DNA of 64,000 nucleotides from an uncultured Anaerolinea sp. GTDB taxonomy: Bacteria; Chloroflexota; Anaerolineae; Promineifilales; Promineifilaceae. The notes beneath the pieces were generated by a model. The model saw nothing but the letters and a program-made list of their open reading frames with translations. It ran no database searches and was not told the DNA's origin. Below, one piece after another: positions 46,784 through 57,727 of this stretch (the stretch's first letter is position 1; every line of letters begins with the position of its first letter). The position numbers and the translations under genes are program-made. The stretch covers positions 21,690 through 85,689 of the forward strand of contig CAZDEO010000003.1 in NCBI GenBank assembly GCA_964504445.1, read 5' to 3'.

Positions 46784-46811
46784 GTGGTCCGTGGCCCGTG
46801 GCCCGTTACCC
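46784..46811. repeat. Heptamer direct repeat (GTGGCCC family, 4 units)
   Basis: The units gtggtcc gtggccc gtggccc gttaccc lie downstream of the feoB stop. Confidence 0.7.
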
Positions 46812-46941
46812 GACGACAATTCCCCAGAGGGGGCGTTGGGTGATGGGATGCGGACACCGGCATGAGGGAACTAGCTATCCTCAGCACAAGTGGTAAAATG
46901 GGTTCCACGCTTAATTGACCCGTGAAACTCAGGAGAATTAG

Positions 46942-49143
<2,202 letters not shown>

Positions 49144-49207
49144 AGTTTGGCGTGGAGGAGTGCAGCCAGCAGGACTGCTGTCCCTCTAGCCGCTATCAGA
49201 AAAATTT

Positions 49208-50203
49208 ATGAGTAGAGACGATTTATACCCTTTGTTGTTTACACCGGTGTTGAAGGATTACGTTTGGGGCGGGCGCAACCTGGAAACGTTATTGGGGCGG
49301 GATCTGCCGCCAGGGAAAATTGCTGAGAGTTGGGAAATTGCGGCCCACAAAGATGGCGCTTCGGTGGTCGAAAACGGCCGTTTCGCCGGGCAAACTCTTC
49401 CACAGGTCCATGCCCAACTGGGCCTGGATCTCATTGGCACCAACAGCCAATGGGCGCAAGAACGCGGCAAATTCCCCTTGCTCATCAAGCTCCTGGATGC
49501 CCAAACCAATCTCTCGGTCCAGGTTCATCCTGACGATGACTATGCCCTGGCCCACGAAGGCAACGAGCTGGGCAAAACTGAAATGTGGGTGGTGCTGCAT
49601 GCCGAACCGGATGCAGCTATCATTTTAGGCGTCAAAGCGGGCGCCACGCCAGAAAATTTCCGTCAGGCCATTGCCGCTGGCGAGCTGGAGCCTTACCTGC
49701 ATCGCCTGCCCGTGCAAACAGGGGACTTTGTCTGCGTACCGGCAGGAACCCTCCATGCTATTCTAGGGGGTGCCCTCATTGCCGAAATCCAGCAAAACTC
49801 AAACACGACCTATCGGGTTTACGACTGGAACCGGCAGGTGGCGGGTCAGCCGCGCCCCCTGCACGTGGACAAAGCGCTGGACGTCATCAACTTTGCTCAG
49901 GTGGAGCCCGTTTTGTCAGAACCCAAACGGCTGGTCCATGAGGCAGGACTGCGCCGTTACCAGTTGTGCGCAAACCCGTATTTTGTAACCGAGCGGGTAG
50001 AGATGGCAGGGGGCACTGTGTTTAACGGCCGTTGCCATGGCGCCACCTTTGAGATATGGGGCTGCATTGCCGGCAGCGCCGCCGTCAACGAGACTTCCCT
50101 ACCCGCCGTGCGCTTCAGCCTGCTGCCCGCCGCCATGGGGGCTTTTACCGTTACTGCCCAGGAGACGGCCGTTTTGCTGCGCGTCACCGTCAGCCCTACT
50201 TAA
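49208..50203 (+). CDS. manA: Mannose-6-phosphate isomerase, class I
   Basis: 331 aa. Cupin motifs: KLLDAQTNLSVQVHPDD, GKTEMWVV and VPAGTLHAI. Confidence 0.8.
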   Translation: MSRDDLYPLLFTPVLKDYVWGGRNLETLLGRDLPPGKIAESWEIAAHKDGASVVENGRFAGQTLPQVHAQLGLDLIGTNSQWAQERGKFPLLIKLLDAQTNLSVQVHPDDDYALAHEGNELGKTEMWVVLHAEPDAAIILGVKAGATPENFRQAIAAGELEPYLHRLPVQTGDFVCVPAGTLHAILGGALIAEIQQNSNTTYRVYDWNRQVAGQPRPLHVDKALDVINFAQVEPVLSEPKRLVHEAGLRRYQLCANPYFVTERVEMAGGTVFNGRCHGATFEIWGCIAGSAAVNETSLPAVRFSLLPAAMGAFTVTAQETAVLLRVTVSPT

Positions 50204-50298
50204 AATTTGGCAACCCGCGCCTTTTATGCTACCATTTTCCTCGCTCTCACGCCTCCCAAGGTGATGATTAAAAGAGTTCATACCGGAGGATTAAAACA

Positions 50299-50580
50299 TT
50301 GGCTAACATAAAATCTGCCAAAAAACGGATTCGGCAAACAAAAAAACGTACAGCTCGCAACCGCGTCTACCGCAGTTCAGCGCGCACCTACATCAAGAAG
50401 ACCCGCCAGCTCATCGCTGAGGGTAACCTTGAAGAAGCGGAGATCATTGCCCGCAAGGCTTACAGCGCGCTAGACAAGGCCGGGCGGAAACGAATTGTTC
50501 ACCCCCAAAATGCAGCGCGCCGCAAAGGTCGGCTCATGGCACAGCTAGCCGCCGCAAAAGCAACTGCACAAAATGGGTAA
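50299..50580 (+). CDS. rpsT: 30S ribosomal protein S20
   Basis: MANIKSAKKRIRQTKKRTARNRVYRSS... There is a TTG start with GGAGGA 7 nt upstream. Confidence 0.9.
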   Translation: MANIKSAKKRIRQTKKRTARNRVYRSSARTYIKKTRQLIAEGNLEEAEIIARKAYSALDKAGRKRIVHPQNAARRKGRLMAQLAAAKATAQNG

Positions 50581-50603
50581 TTAACCCTTTTCCTTAGACT
50601 TAC

Positions 50604-50634
50604 AAAAAAAACCGCCCCGGGGCGGTTTTTTGTT
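50604..50634 (+). terminator. Rho-independent terminator of rpsT
   Basis: An A-run, then stem CCGCCCC/GGGGCGG (50612-50625), then T6. Confidence 0.9.
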
Positions 50635-50800
50635 TATGGATGCAAACCCCCACACATCATTTCTTCACAAAATTGGTTTACAATAGCATCGTATCTACCG
50701 GTTGAGACGGCCGTTACCCCAGCAGCACCCCCAAAGTCAGCAACGGCCGTATCCTTTCTGCATCTCATACGTCTGTATAAATAGACAGAAGCAACAGGCG

Positions 50801-51409
50801 ATGTTCAACTCAAAAAGCCGTAGCAACCGACGAGAAGCCGGAAAACGATGCGAAAAAAGGTGGCTCACCGCAACCTATGATGAATACCACCTACCCATTT
50901 ACCGGTTTATCTATCGGCGCATAGGTGATGTGGAAACGGCCCGGGAGCTAACAGCTGACGTATTTCAACGTCTCATTCAGGTGGTATGCGGAGGAAAAAC
51001 GGTTCCCGAAAACACCCGCGCCTGGTTATACCAGGCTGCTCATAACATCGTCATTGACGAGTACCGGCGGCGACAACACCGGCAGCATCTACAGTTAGAT
51101 GAAGCCATCATTGACAATCGGGCTGACCCGGCAGAAGAAGCCCATAAAAAAATGGCCGCAGAACGAGTGAGAACCGCCCTAAAACTGCTCACGCCAGAGC
51201 AGCAGCAGGTCATTGCCCTCAAATTTTTCGAGGGATTTACCAATCAGGAAATTGCCGAAATTACTGGCCGCAGCATTGGCGCCGTAAAAGCATTACAGCA
51301 CCGGGGATTGTCAACGCTACAACAGTCCCTAAATCCTACGGTGCGAGAAAACGAGCAAATAGCAACTCCTGGAATATTAGCCAATATGCTGATAGCGGAA
51401 GGTTTGTAA
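50801..51409 (+). CDS. ECF-type sigma-70 family factor
   Basis: ATG 50801 is preferred over the track start 50702. Region 2 (YRFIYRRIGDVETARELTADVF...AHNIVIDEYRRR) and region 4 (QQQVIALKFFEGFTNQEIAEITGRSIGAVKALQHRG) are present. Confidence 0.85.
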   Translation: MFNSKSRSNRREAGKRCEKRWLTATYDEYHLPIYRFIYRRIGDVETARELTADVFQRLIQVVCGGKTVPENTRAWLYQAAHNIVIDEYRRRQHRQHLQLDEAIIDNRADPAEEAHKKMAAERVRTALKLLTPEQQQVIALKFFEGFTNQEIAEITGRSIGAVKALQHRGLSTLQQSLNPTVRENEQIATPGILANMLIAEGL

Positions 51410-52743
51410 TGAGCGATCAATTTAGCGACATCCTTGATAATGCGATTAACCGGTATTCCACTGGTGAGAGCATGCCGGAAATCCTCACCGCTTACCCTGA
51501 ACACGCGACCGAGTTGATGCAACTGCTGCAAACCGCTAGGGTCCTTGAAAAAAGTGGTCGCCCAATTGTTGCCCTGTCTAAACAAGCTGAAAAAGCCGAT
51601 CGTGCCGCTTTCCTCCGCCAAATTCAAGGTTTGCCAGAAACAAATAGTGGTTTACTGGCTTCCCTGAGTTTGTGGATCGGCAATCTACCAGAAATGATGT
51701 TGACCGTGAAGAACCGTTTGCAAATAAAGGAGTGGAGCCCCATGAGTATGATAGTTGTAAGAGTTGCCTTAGCAGTTGTTTTGCTGTTTGGCGCAGTGGG
51801 TGGAACGGCCGTTGCTGCCGCAGATAGCTTACCCGATTCCCCCCTTTATAGCGTCAAAACGGCCGTCGAAGATATTCGTATTGGCCTGACAAACGATCCC
51901 ATTGATCAAGCCCATTTACAATTGGTATTAGCCCAAACCCGCATTCAGGAAATGGTAAAGCTGGCCCAAAACGGTGGCGAACCTGGTGAAGCAACTTTAA
52001 CCCGTCTGCAAAATCACCTGGAAACCGCCCTTCAACTAGCCGCCAACGCCCCCGAAGACCGCATGAATGGCGTTCTGACCCAGGCCCAGTTGATGCTACA
52101 AGGAGAAGGACCCGGCATGCTGCAAGCCCAACAGCAGGTGCAAGGCCCCGCCCACGATGCCCTGGGCAATGCCTACCAAATCATGAACCAGATTGGTAAA
52201 GAAATAGAAGTCGGGCTGCAAAATCCGCAAGTCTTTCGCTGGCGGTACATGCACAACCGGCCCGAGGGATTGCCAGAACCACCAGTTATGGAACCCAACC
52301 CTGGCGGCGTGATTACCCACACCATGCCCATTTCCCATACCCGGCCCATTACACCCAGCAGAACCATTACCGAACCAGTGCAAGCTGGCCCAGGGTACGG
52401 CCCCGGTGAACCGTTTTACGGGCCTGGCGCGCCTGGCGGAAATCCAGTTTCACCTTATGGACCAAACCCCGAAGATGCACCCGGCTATGGCCCTGGTGAG
52501 CAGCCTGGCTATGGCCCTGGGGAAACTCCTGGCGCCGGTTTAGGCCCCAGTCAAAGCAACAGCCCCGCTGATTCAGGCTCCGACAGCCCTGGCCCCGTGG
52601 ACGCAGGCAACCCCAATGACAATGGGGGAAATGACAATAGCGGCGGCAGTAGTGACAATGGTGGCAGTAGTGACAATGGTGGCAGCAGTGACAGCGGAGG
52701 TGGTGGTGACAATGGCGGTGGAAACGGAGGCGGCGGTCACTAA
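51409..52743 (+). CDS. Sigma-associated membrane protein (DUF5667-like, candidate anti-sigma) with Gly/Pro/Ser/Asp-rich tail
   Basis: 444 aa. TAATG start/stop overlap with the sigma gene, one TM helix (IVVRVALAVVLLFGAVGG), a helical ectodomain, and a low-complexity C-terminus (GYGPGE..., GGSSDNGGSSDNGGSSDSGGGGDNGGGNGGGGH). Confidence 0.65.
   Translation: MSDQFSDILDNAINRYSTGESMPEILTAYPEHATELMQLLQTARVLEKSGRPIVALSKQAEKADRAAFLRQIQGLPETNSGLLASLSLWIGNLPEMMLTVKNRLQIKEWSPMSMIVVRVALAVVLLFGAVGGTAVAAADSLPDSPLYSVKTAVEDIRIGLTNDPIDQAHLQLVLAQTRIQEMVKLAQNGGEPGEATLTRLQNHLETALQLAANAPEDRMNGVLTQAQLMLQGEGPGMLQAQQQVQGPAHDALGNAYQIMNQIGKEIEVGLQNPQVFRWRYMHNRPEGLPEPPVMEPNPGGVITHTMPISHTRPITPSRTITEPVQAGPGYGPGEPFYGPGAPGGNPVSPYGPNPEDAPGYGPGEQPGYGPGETPGAGLGPSQSNSPADSGSDSPGPVDAGNPNDNGGNDNSGGSSDNGGSSDNGGSSDSGGGGDNGGGNGGGGH
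52645..52698. repeat. 18-bp tandem repeat (about 3 copies) encoding GGSSDN units
   Basis: ggcagtagtgacaatggt is perfect at 52645-52662 and 52663-52680. A third, degenerate copy follows at 52681-52698. Confidence 0.8.
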
Positions 52744-52755
52744 CCGAACCACCGG

Positions 52756-53313
52756 TCATTTAGTTTGACGTAGAATAGCCTCCGCCACAGCGCGGAGGCT
52801 TTTTCTTTTTTCACGCGCATACTGCTGCATCAACCGATAAGCAGCTTCCTCATCCAGGCCTTCGGCCATCAGGCGCCCCTTTGCGCGTTCGACCAGTTTG
52901 CGCCCTTCTAAGGCGTCTAATAGTTCATGGGTACGCTGATCCAGGACCTGCGCCTCGGTAAAGCGCTTGCGGGCCACGGCAATGGCTGCCGCCAGGTCAC
53001 CTTCCTGAATTGGCTTAACCAGGTAACCATGAATGGGTAAATCAGTGGCTTTCTCAATAAGCTCGCTTTCGCTGAAAGCGGTAAGTAGAATAATGGGGAG
53101 CGGATTTTGCTGACCCAGGGTTTGGGCGACTTGCAAACCGTCAGTAAAAGGCATTTTGATGTCTAGAATGGCCAGATCTGGGCGATGTTGTTGCGCCATA
53201 CGCAAGGCTTCACGGCCGTTTACGGCCGTAACCACCTGGTGTCCCAATCCTTGCAGCATTGAACGTAGCCCCATACGGATAATCGATTCGTCGTCAGCAA
53301 TGAGAATCTTCAA
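52756..53313 (-). CDS. Response regulator with ANTAR RNA-binding output domain (PdtaR/AmiR-like)
   Basis: 185 aa. Receiver domain (ILIADDE...DLAILDIKMP) plus ANTAR (LEGRKLVERAKGRLMAEGLDEEAAYRLMQQYAREKRKSLRAVAEAIL). Confidence 0.9.
   Translation of the reverse strand: MKILIADDESIIRMGLRSMLQGLGHQVVTAVNGREALRMAQQHRPDLAILDIKMPFTDGLQVAQTLGQQNPLPIILLTAFSESELIEKATDLPIHGYLVKPIQEGDLAAAIAVARKRFTEAQVLDQRTHELLDALEGRKLVERAKGRLMAEGLDEEAAYRLMQQYAREKRKSLRAVAEAILRQTK
52777..52811 (+). terminator. Rho-independent terminator for the + strand sigma/anti-sigma operon, embedded in the 3' coding end of the convergent ANTAR gene
   Basis: Stem AGCCTCCGC (52777-52785) pairs with GCGGAGGCT (52792-52800) around a 6-nt loop, followed by TTTTCTTTTTT. 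Confidence 0.75.
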
Positions 53314-53315
53314 AG

Positions 53316-54947
53316 TCAGTGTCGTTCCTTCTCAACGGTGCGGGGTATCCGAATGCTGATTTCTGTACCTCCGCCAGCCGGTCGGTTATAGCGGATACGG
53401 CCGTGCAAATCCTCCGCGACCAGCGTTTCCACAATTTCCAAACCCAAATTGCGGATCAGGTTAGCCGGTAGACCCACGCCATCGTCTTGCACAAGAATAA
53501 TCAAGTCATCGGGGCCACGGCCCAGGGAGACGGTGATCGTGCCCCATGACTGCCCCACAAATGCGTGTTCCAGGGCATTTTGCACCAACTCGTTAACAAC
53601 CAGGGTTACGGCCGTTGCTGCCCGGCTGGGGAGGAGAAACTGCTCGCCCTGCACGGTAAGCACAATATTACGTTCCACGGCGCCACTCATCTCGGTTGTC
53701 ATGCGCGTAATGCGTCGTAGCGCATCAGCCACATCCACCAGGGTAAAGCCCTGCTCCGAAAGCACTTCATGAACAGTAGCAATACTCTGTACCCGGTGTA
53801 TGTTGGTTTGTAACACTTGCCGTGTATCCAGCGCTTCAGCGTTTGGCAACTGGAGCTGCATGAGCATTGCCACCGTTTGTAAGTTATTCTTAATTCGGTG
53901 ATGCATTTCGCGAACCACCGCCGCATTGGTAACCAGCCGCGCGTTTTCGATGGCCAGGGCAGTCTGATTCGCCAGCGTTGCTAGCAGCGCTCGCTGCTTT
54001 TCACTAAAATCCCGCCGCTCATAACTATAACAGTTAAGAACGCCAATCACACGGTCTCGCACGCTAAGAGGGACGGACAGCAAGGAGATGAATCCTTCTT
54101 GCGTCGCCAACTCCGGGCGCAAATAGCGAGGTTCTTGGCGCAAGTCAGGAATGTACATGGCCTGCCCAGTCTGGGCTACAAGACCAGTGACACCCTGCCC
54201 CAAAGGCAGTGGCGGCTGTTGGCGATAACTTTGGCTGGCGCGCCTGGCCGAGCGCATCTCTAGTTGCTTTTCAGCCTCATTGAGCAAGAAAATGGCACAG
54301 ACGGCCGTTTCCATAGTCTGCGCCGCCATCTCAGTAACCACATCCAAAATTTCATCCAAATACTGCGGCGAAGTAACCACCTCACTCAGCGTAGCCAAAG
54401 CGTGCAGTTCACTAATTTGCCGTTTCTGATCATCATACAATTGTGCCTTTGCCAGAGCGCCTGCGGCTAATTCTCCGATTAATGAAAGAAGATCTATCTC
54501 GCTATCCGAAAATTCATGTCGTGCCAAAGTTTGTACATTTAAGGCCCCAATTACCCGTTCCTCAATTCGCAAGGGAATAGCCAACAAAGAGTGAAATTGC
54601 ATCTCCAATGTCTCGTCCACCCGCTTGAAGCGCGGGTGCTGTTGCGCATCTGTGGCGAAAACTGGTGCATTCAACTCAATGGCATAACCGGTCATCCCCT
54701 CCCCCACAGCAAGCGTTGCCCGGCCCAAGGCCCGCCGAGCCAGCCCTGTAGTAGCCCGCAGCCGTAGTTGACGGCCGTCCGGATCCAACAGATAAATAGT
54801 ACACGAATCCACATCCATTACTTCCGTAGTCTTACGGGCAATCAAATCCAACGTAGTGTCTAAGTCCCAAGCAGCACTCAACGCCCGCGCAATCTCACGC
54901 AACGCTGTAACCGCTTGCGGTCTGGCTGATGTCGTCATCCCATGCAC
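53316..54947 (-). CDS. Cytoplasmic GAF-GAF sensor histidine kinase (HisKA_2/PdtaS-like)
   Basis: 543 aa with no TM segment, two GAF-like regions, an H-box HHRIKNNLQ and an HATPase region (DDGVGLP). Confidence 0.85.
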   Translation of the reverse strand: MHGMTTSARPQAVTALREIARALSAAWDLDTTLDLIARKTTEVMDVDSCTIYLLDPDGRQLRLRATTGLARRALGRATLAVGEGMTGYAIELNAPVFATDAQQHPRFKRVDETLEMQFHSLLAIPLRIEERVIGALNVQTLARHEFSDSEIDLLSLIGELAAGALAKAQLYDDQKRQISELHALATLSEVVTSPQYLDEILDVVTEMAAQTMETAVCAIFLLNEAEKQLEMRSARRASQSYRQQPPLPLGQGVTGLVAQTGQAMYIPDLRQEPRYLRPELATQEGFISLLSVPLSVRDRVIGVLNCYSYERRDFSEKQRALLATLANQTALAIENARLVTNAAVVREMHHRIKNNLQTVAMLMQLQLPNAEALDTRQVLQTNIHRVQSIATVHEVLSEQGFTLVDVADALRRITRMTTEMSGAVERNIVLTVQGEQFLLPSRAATAVTLVVNELVQNALEHAFVGQSWGTITVSLGRGPDDLIILVQDDGVGLPANLIRNLGLEIVETLVAEDLHGRIRYNRPAGGGTEISIRIPRTVEKERH

Positions 54948-54961
54948 ACACCTATTCTACG

Positions 54962-55010
54962 TGAAAAAGCCCACCTTGGGCACACAGCAAGCCGCGCACA
55001 AGGTGGGCCG
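54962..55010 (-). terminator. Rho-independent terminator after glnA
   Basis: On the - strand: GCCCACCTTG ... CAAGGTGGGC, a 10-bp stem (+ coordinates 54969-54978 and 54999-55008), followed by U5. Confidence 0.8.
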
Positions 55011-55042
55011 TTAAAAGTTAGCCCTCAGTCTTCACCCACTAA

Positions 55043-56446
55043 CTAGATACCATAGTACAACAAAAACTCGTACGGGTGCGGGCGCAAACTTACCGGACCA
55101 ATTTCTTCGTGACGCTTATAATGAATATAAGCGTCCAACAAATCCTTAGTGAAAACACCCCCCTCCAACAAAAACGCCTGATCCGCTTCCAGCGCATCCA
55201 AAGACTCATTTAGTTTCCCCACCGTCATCTGCACCTTGTCAATATTTTCATCCTCAAACAAGTCCATGTCTGCCGGATCACCTGGATCAATCCGGTTCTT
55301 AATGCCATCCAAACCAGCCATAAGCATCGCCGCAAAAGCCAGGTACGGATTAGCCGCCGGATCAGGGCAGCGGAACTCAACACGCTTGGCCTTAGGGGAG
55401 TGCGAATACATAGGAATACGCACAGCTGCCGAGCGATTGCGCGCCGAATAAGCCACCACGACCGGCGCCTCGTACCCAGGAACCAGCCGACGATACGAAT
55501 TGGTTGTGGGCGCCACAATCGCCAGCAAAGCATTAATATGCTTTAGAATGCCACCAATATAATAGAGCGCCATCTGGCTCAACCCAGCGTAAGCATCCCC
55601 AGCAAACAAGGGCTTACCATCTTTCCACAAGCTCTGATGCGTGTGCATGCCCGAGCCATTATCCGCAAATATTGGTTTAGGCATGAACGTTACGGTTTTG
55701 CCGTGAGCTTTGGCCACATTTTTGACAATATATTTATATAGCTGCACTTTATCCGCCATGGTCACCATCTGATCATACTTCATATCAATTTCACACTGAC
55801 CAGCAGTACCCACTTCATGATGGTGTACTTCCACATTGAGACCAGACTCAATCATCACCCGCACCATCTCCGAGCGTAAGTCCTGCAATGTGTCAAAAGG
55901 AGCGACCGGAAAATATCCCCTTTTATGCGGCACAGAGTGGCCAAAACCAAAAATACCAGAATTCCAGGGGCCTTCAACACTATCTACCTGGTAGGCAGAA
56001 GAATACTCACCGGCCGAATACTTCACCTGATCAAACACAAAAAACTCGGCTTCGGGGCCGAAATAAGCAGTGTCCGCAATCCCGCTGGCCTTTAGATATT
56101 CCACCGACTTCTGGGCAATATAACGCGGATCACGCGAGTATGGCTCCCGGGTAATCGGGTCAAAAACATTGCATACCAGGCTCAAAGTCGGCATGGTGCA
56201 GACAGGATCGACAATAGCCGTAGATGGATCGGCCAACAAAATCATGTCGCTGGCTTCAATACTCTGAAATCCCCGAATGGACGAGCCATCAAAGCCCATT
56301 CCTTCATTAAAAGCCGTATCTGGATCAAACTCCTCTACAGGCATGGAAAAGTGCTGCCACTGACCAAAAACATCAGTAAACTTCACGTCAACAATCTTTA
56401 TACCTTTCTCTTCAATAAACTGCATCACATCGTGGGGAGTCTTCAT
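55043..56446 (-). CDS. glnA: Glutamine synthetase, type I
   Basis: Typical GSI sequence ([32 protein letters not shown]). The SD AGGAG abuts the track ATG 56455, so ATG 56446 (9-nt spacing) is preferred. Confidence 0.9.
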   Translation of the reverse strand: MKTPHDVMQFIEEKGIKIVDVKFTDVFGQWQHFSMPVEEFDPDTAFNEGMGFDGSSIRGFQSIEASDMILLADPSTAIVDPVCTMPTLSLVCNVFDPITREPYSRDPRYIAQKSVEYLKASGIADTAYFGPEAEFFVFDQVKYSAGEYSSAYQVDSVEGPWNSGIFGFGHSVPHKRGYFPVAPFDTLQDLRSEMVRVMIESGLNVEVHHHEVGTAGQCEIDMKYDQMVTMADKVQLYKYIVKNVAKAHGKTVTFMPKPIFADNGSGMHTHQSLWKDGKPLFAGDAYAGLSQMALYYIGGILKHINALLAIVAPTTNSYRRLVPGYEAPVVVAYSARNRSAAVRIPMYSHSPKAKRVEFRCPDPAANPYLAFAAMLMAGLDGIKNRIDPGDPADMDLFEDENIDKVQMTVGKLNESLDALEADQAFLLEGGVFTKDLLDAYIHYKRHEEIGPVSLRPHPYEFLLYYGI

Positions 56447-56504
56447 TGTTTTCATCTCCTTAAAAAATTATTTTGTACCCCGTGGCTCTTACTTGACCAC
56501 TAAA

Positions 56505-56551
56505 GCAAAAAACGCCTTTGCCACAGACAAAAATCTGTTAGCAAAGGCGTC
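56505..56551 (-). terminator. Intrinsic terminator inside the glnA 5' leader (candidate attenuator)
   Basis: On the - strand: ACGCCUUUGC-(19-nt loop containing ACAGA/UCUGU)-GCAAAGGCGU followed by U6. It lies about 60 nt upstream of the glnA start. Confidence 0.75.
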
Positions 56552-56592
56552 CTGGCCTTCAAATAAAATATTTTATTTTTGCTCACCATAGC
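56544..56592 (-). promoter_or_regulatory. Two small hexaloop hairpins resembling an ANTAR target; the second overlaps the terminator 5' arm
   Basis: P1 is GCU-AUGGUG-AGC (+ 56581-56592), with loop A1 and G4. P2 is AAGGC-CAGGAC-GCCUU (+ 56544-56559), with loop G4. The 3' arm of P2 and part of its loop cover 7 of the 10 nt of the terminator 5' arm. Confidence 0.5.
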
Positions 56593-56637
56593 GAACCCTT
56601 TAATGTTACAGGAACACACCAAGTGAATCAATACATG

Positions 56638-56646
56638 ATTATATCA
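56638..56646 (-). promoter_or_regulatory. Candidate extended -10 promoter element for glnA (TGATATAAT)
   Basis: The - strand reads attgTGaTATAATcatg, about 190 nt upstream of the glnA start. No good -35 element. Confidence 0.45.
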
Positions 56647-56754
56647 CAATTACTGTCAGTTATTTTGTGCAAACTGCCTAATTCATTCACTTAGGCTAGA
56701 TTTTTTCGTCAAATTTGCCACAAACCACAACTTATGCGACGATAGGCAGCCATC

Positions 56755-57696
56755 ATGACCAACGACCTTGCCGGCTTCAAAATCGGCCACGCCACTGATA
56801 CCTCATTCCACACAGGCTGCACTGTCATTCTCTGCCCAGAACAAACTGTGGGCAGCGCCGATGTGCGGGGACCAGCCCCTGGCACCCGGGAAATTGGCCT
56901 GCTAGCGCCAGACAAGCCGGTGCATTACGTTAATGCGGTGGTGCTTACCGGCGGTAGCGCTTTTGGCCTGGCGTCTGCCGATGGTGTTATGCGCTATTTG
57001 GCGACCAAGGGCATCGGCCACTATACGCCAATTCGCCCTATTCCCATAGTGCCTGCTGCTGTGGTTTTTGACCTGGGTTTCAGCCGTGGGAAGCGCTTTC
57101 CTGACGCAGAAATGGGTTATGCGGCATGCCTGGAAGCCGGAGATGGCACAATTGCCCAGGGCAATGTGGGCGCCGGAGCTGGGGTGACGATAGGGAAGTG
57201 GGGCGGGTTTATGCATATGATGAAAGGGGGCTTTGGGCTGGCTAAAGTGTTTGTAGAGGAGTGCATGGTTGCCGCCGCAGTCGTAACCAATTCTGTAGGT
57301 GACGTCCTTAATGGCGACGGCACGGTGCTGGCGGGAGCACGCCGGCTGGCTGGTGGCTGGTTAGTAGATGATTACCCGCTACGGTTTGTAACGGCGGAAC
57401 AACTGCCACCAGCCATCACCAATACTACTCTGGTGGTGGTGTTTACCAATGCGCGGTTTACCGTGCCTGAGGTAAACCGACTGGCGCAACGTGCCCATGA
57501 CGGCATGGCTTTGGCCATTAACCCCGTTCATGCCACCCACGATGGAGACACTGCTTTTGCCCTGGCTTCCGGTTTGGTGGACGCACCTTTCGATCTGGTA
57601 GCGAATATGGCGGTGACGGCCGTAGCTGATGCTATTCGCAGCGCTGTCCGTCACGCCGCTTCCCTGTCTGGGGTTCCTGGTTTGGCAAAGTCGTAA
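56755..57696 (+). CDS. P1/S58-family peptidase (DmpA-like L-aminopeptidase)
   Basis: 313 aa. N-terminal GFKIGHATDTSFHTGCTVIL...GPAPGTRE and the internal segment VVLTGGSAFGLASADGVM. Confidence 0.8.
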   Translation: MTNDLAGFKIGHATDTSFHTGCTVILCPEQTVGSADVRGPAPGTREIGLLAPDKPVHYVNAVVLTGGSAFGLASADGVMRYLATKGIGHYTPIRPIPIVPAAVVFDLGFSRGKRFPDAEMGYAACLEAGDGTIAQGNVGAGAGVTIGKWGGFMHMMKGGFGLAKVFVEECMVAAAVVTNSVGDVLNGDGTVLAGARRLAGGWLVDDYPLRFVTAEQLPPAITNTTLVVVFTNARFTVPEVNRLAQRAHDGMALAINPVHATHDGDTAFALASGLVDAPFDLVANMAVTAVADAIRSAVRHAASLSGVPGLAKS

Positions 57697-57727
57697 CGCC
57701 GCGAAATAAAAGAAGGTATGAACCAAG

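Noticed and set aside
4063-46811. The possibility that the short tandem repeats represent a CRISPR array.
   Set aside because: The units are 7 nt and contiguous, without spacers of 25-40 nt. No cas genes are present in the window.
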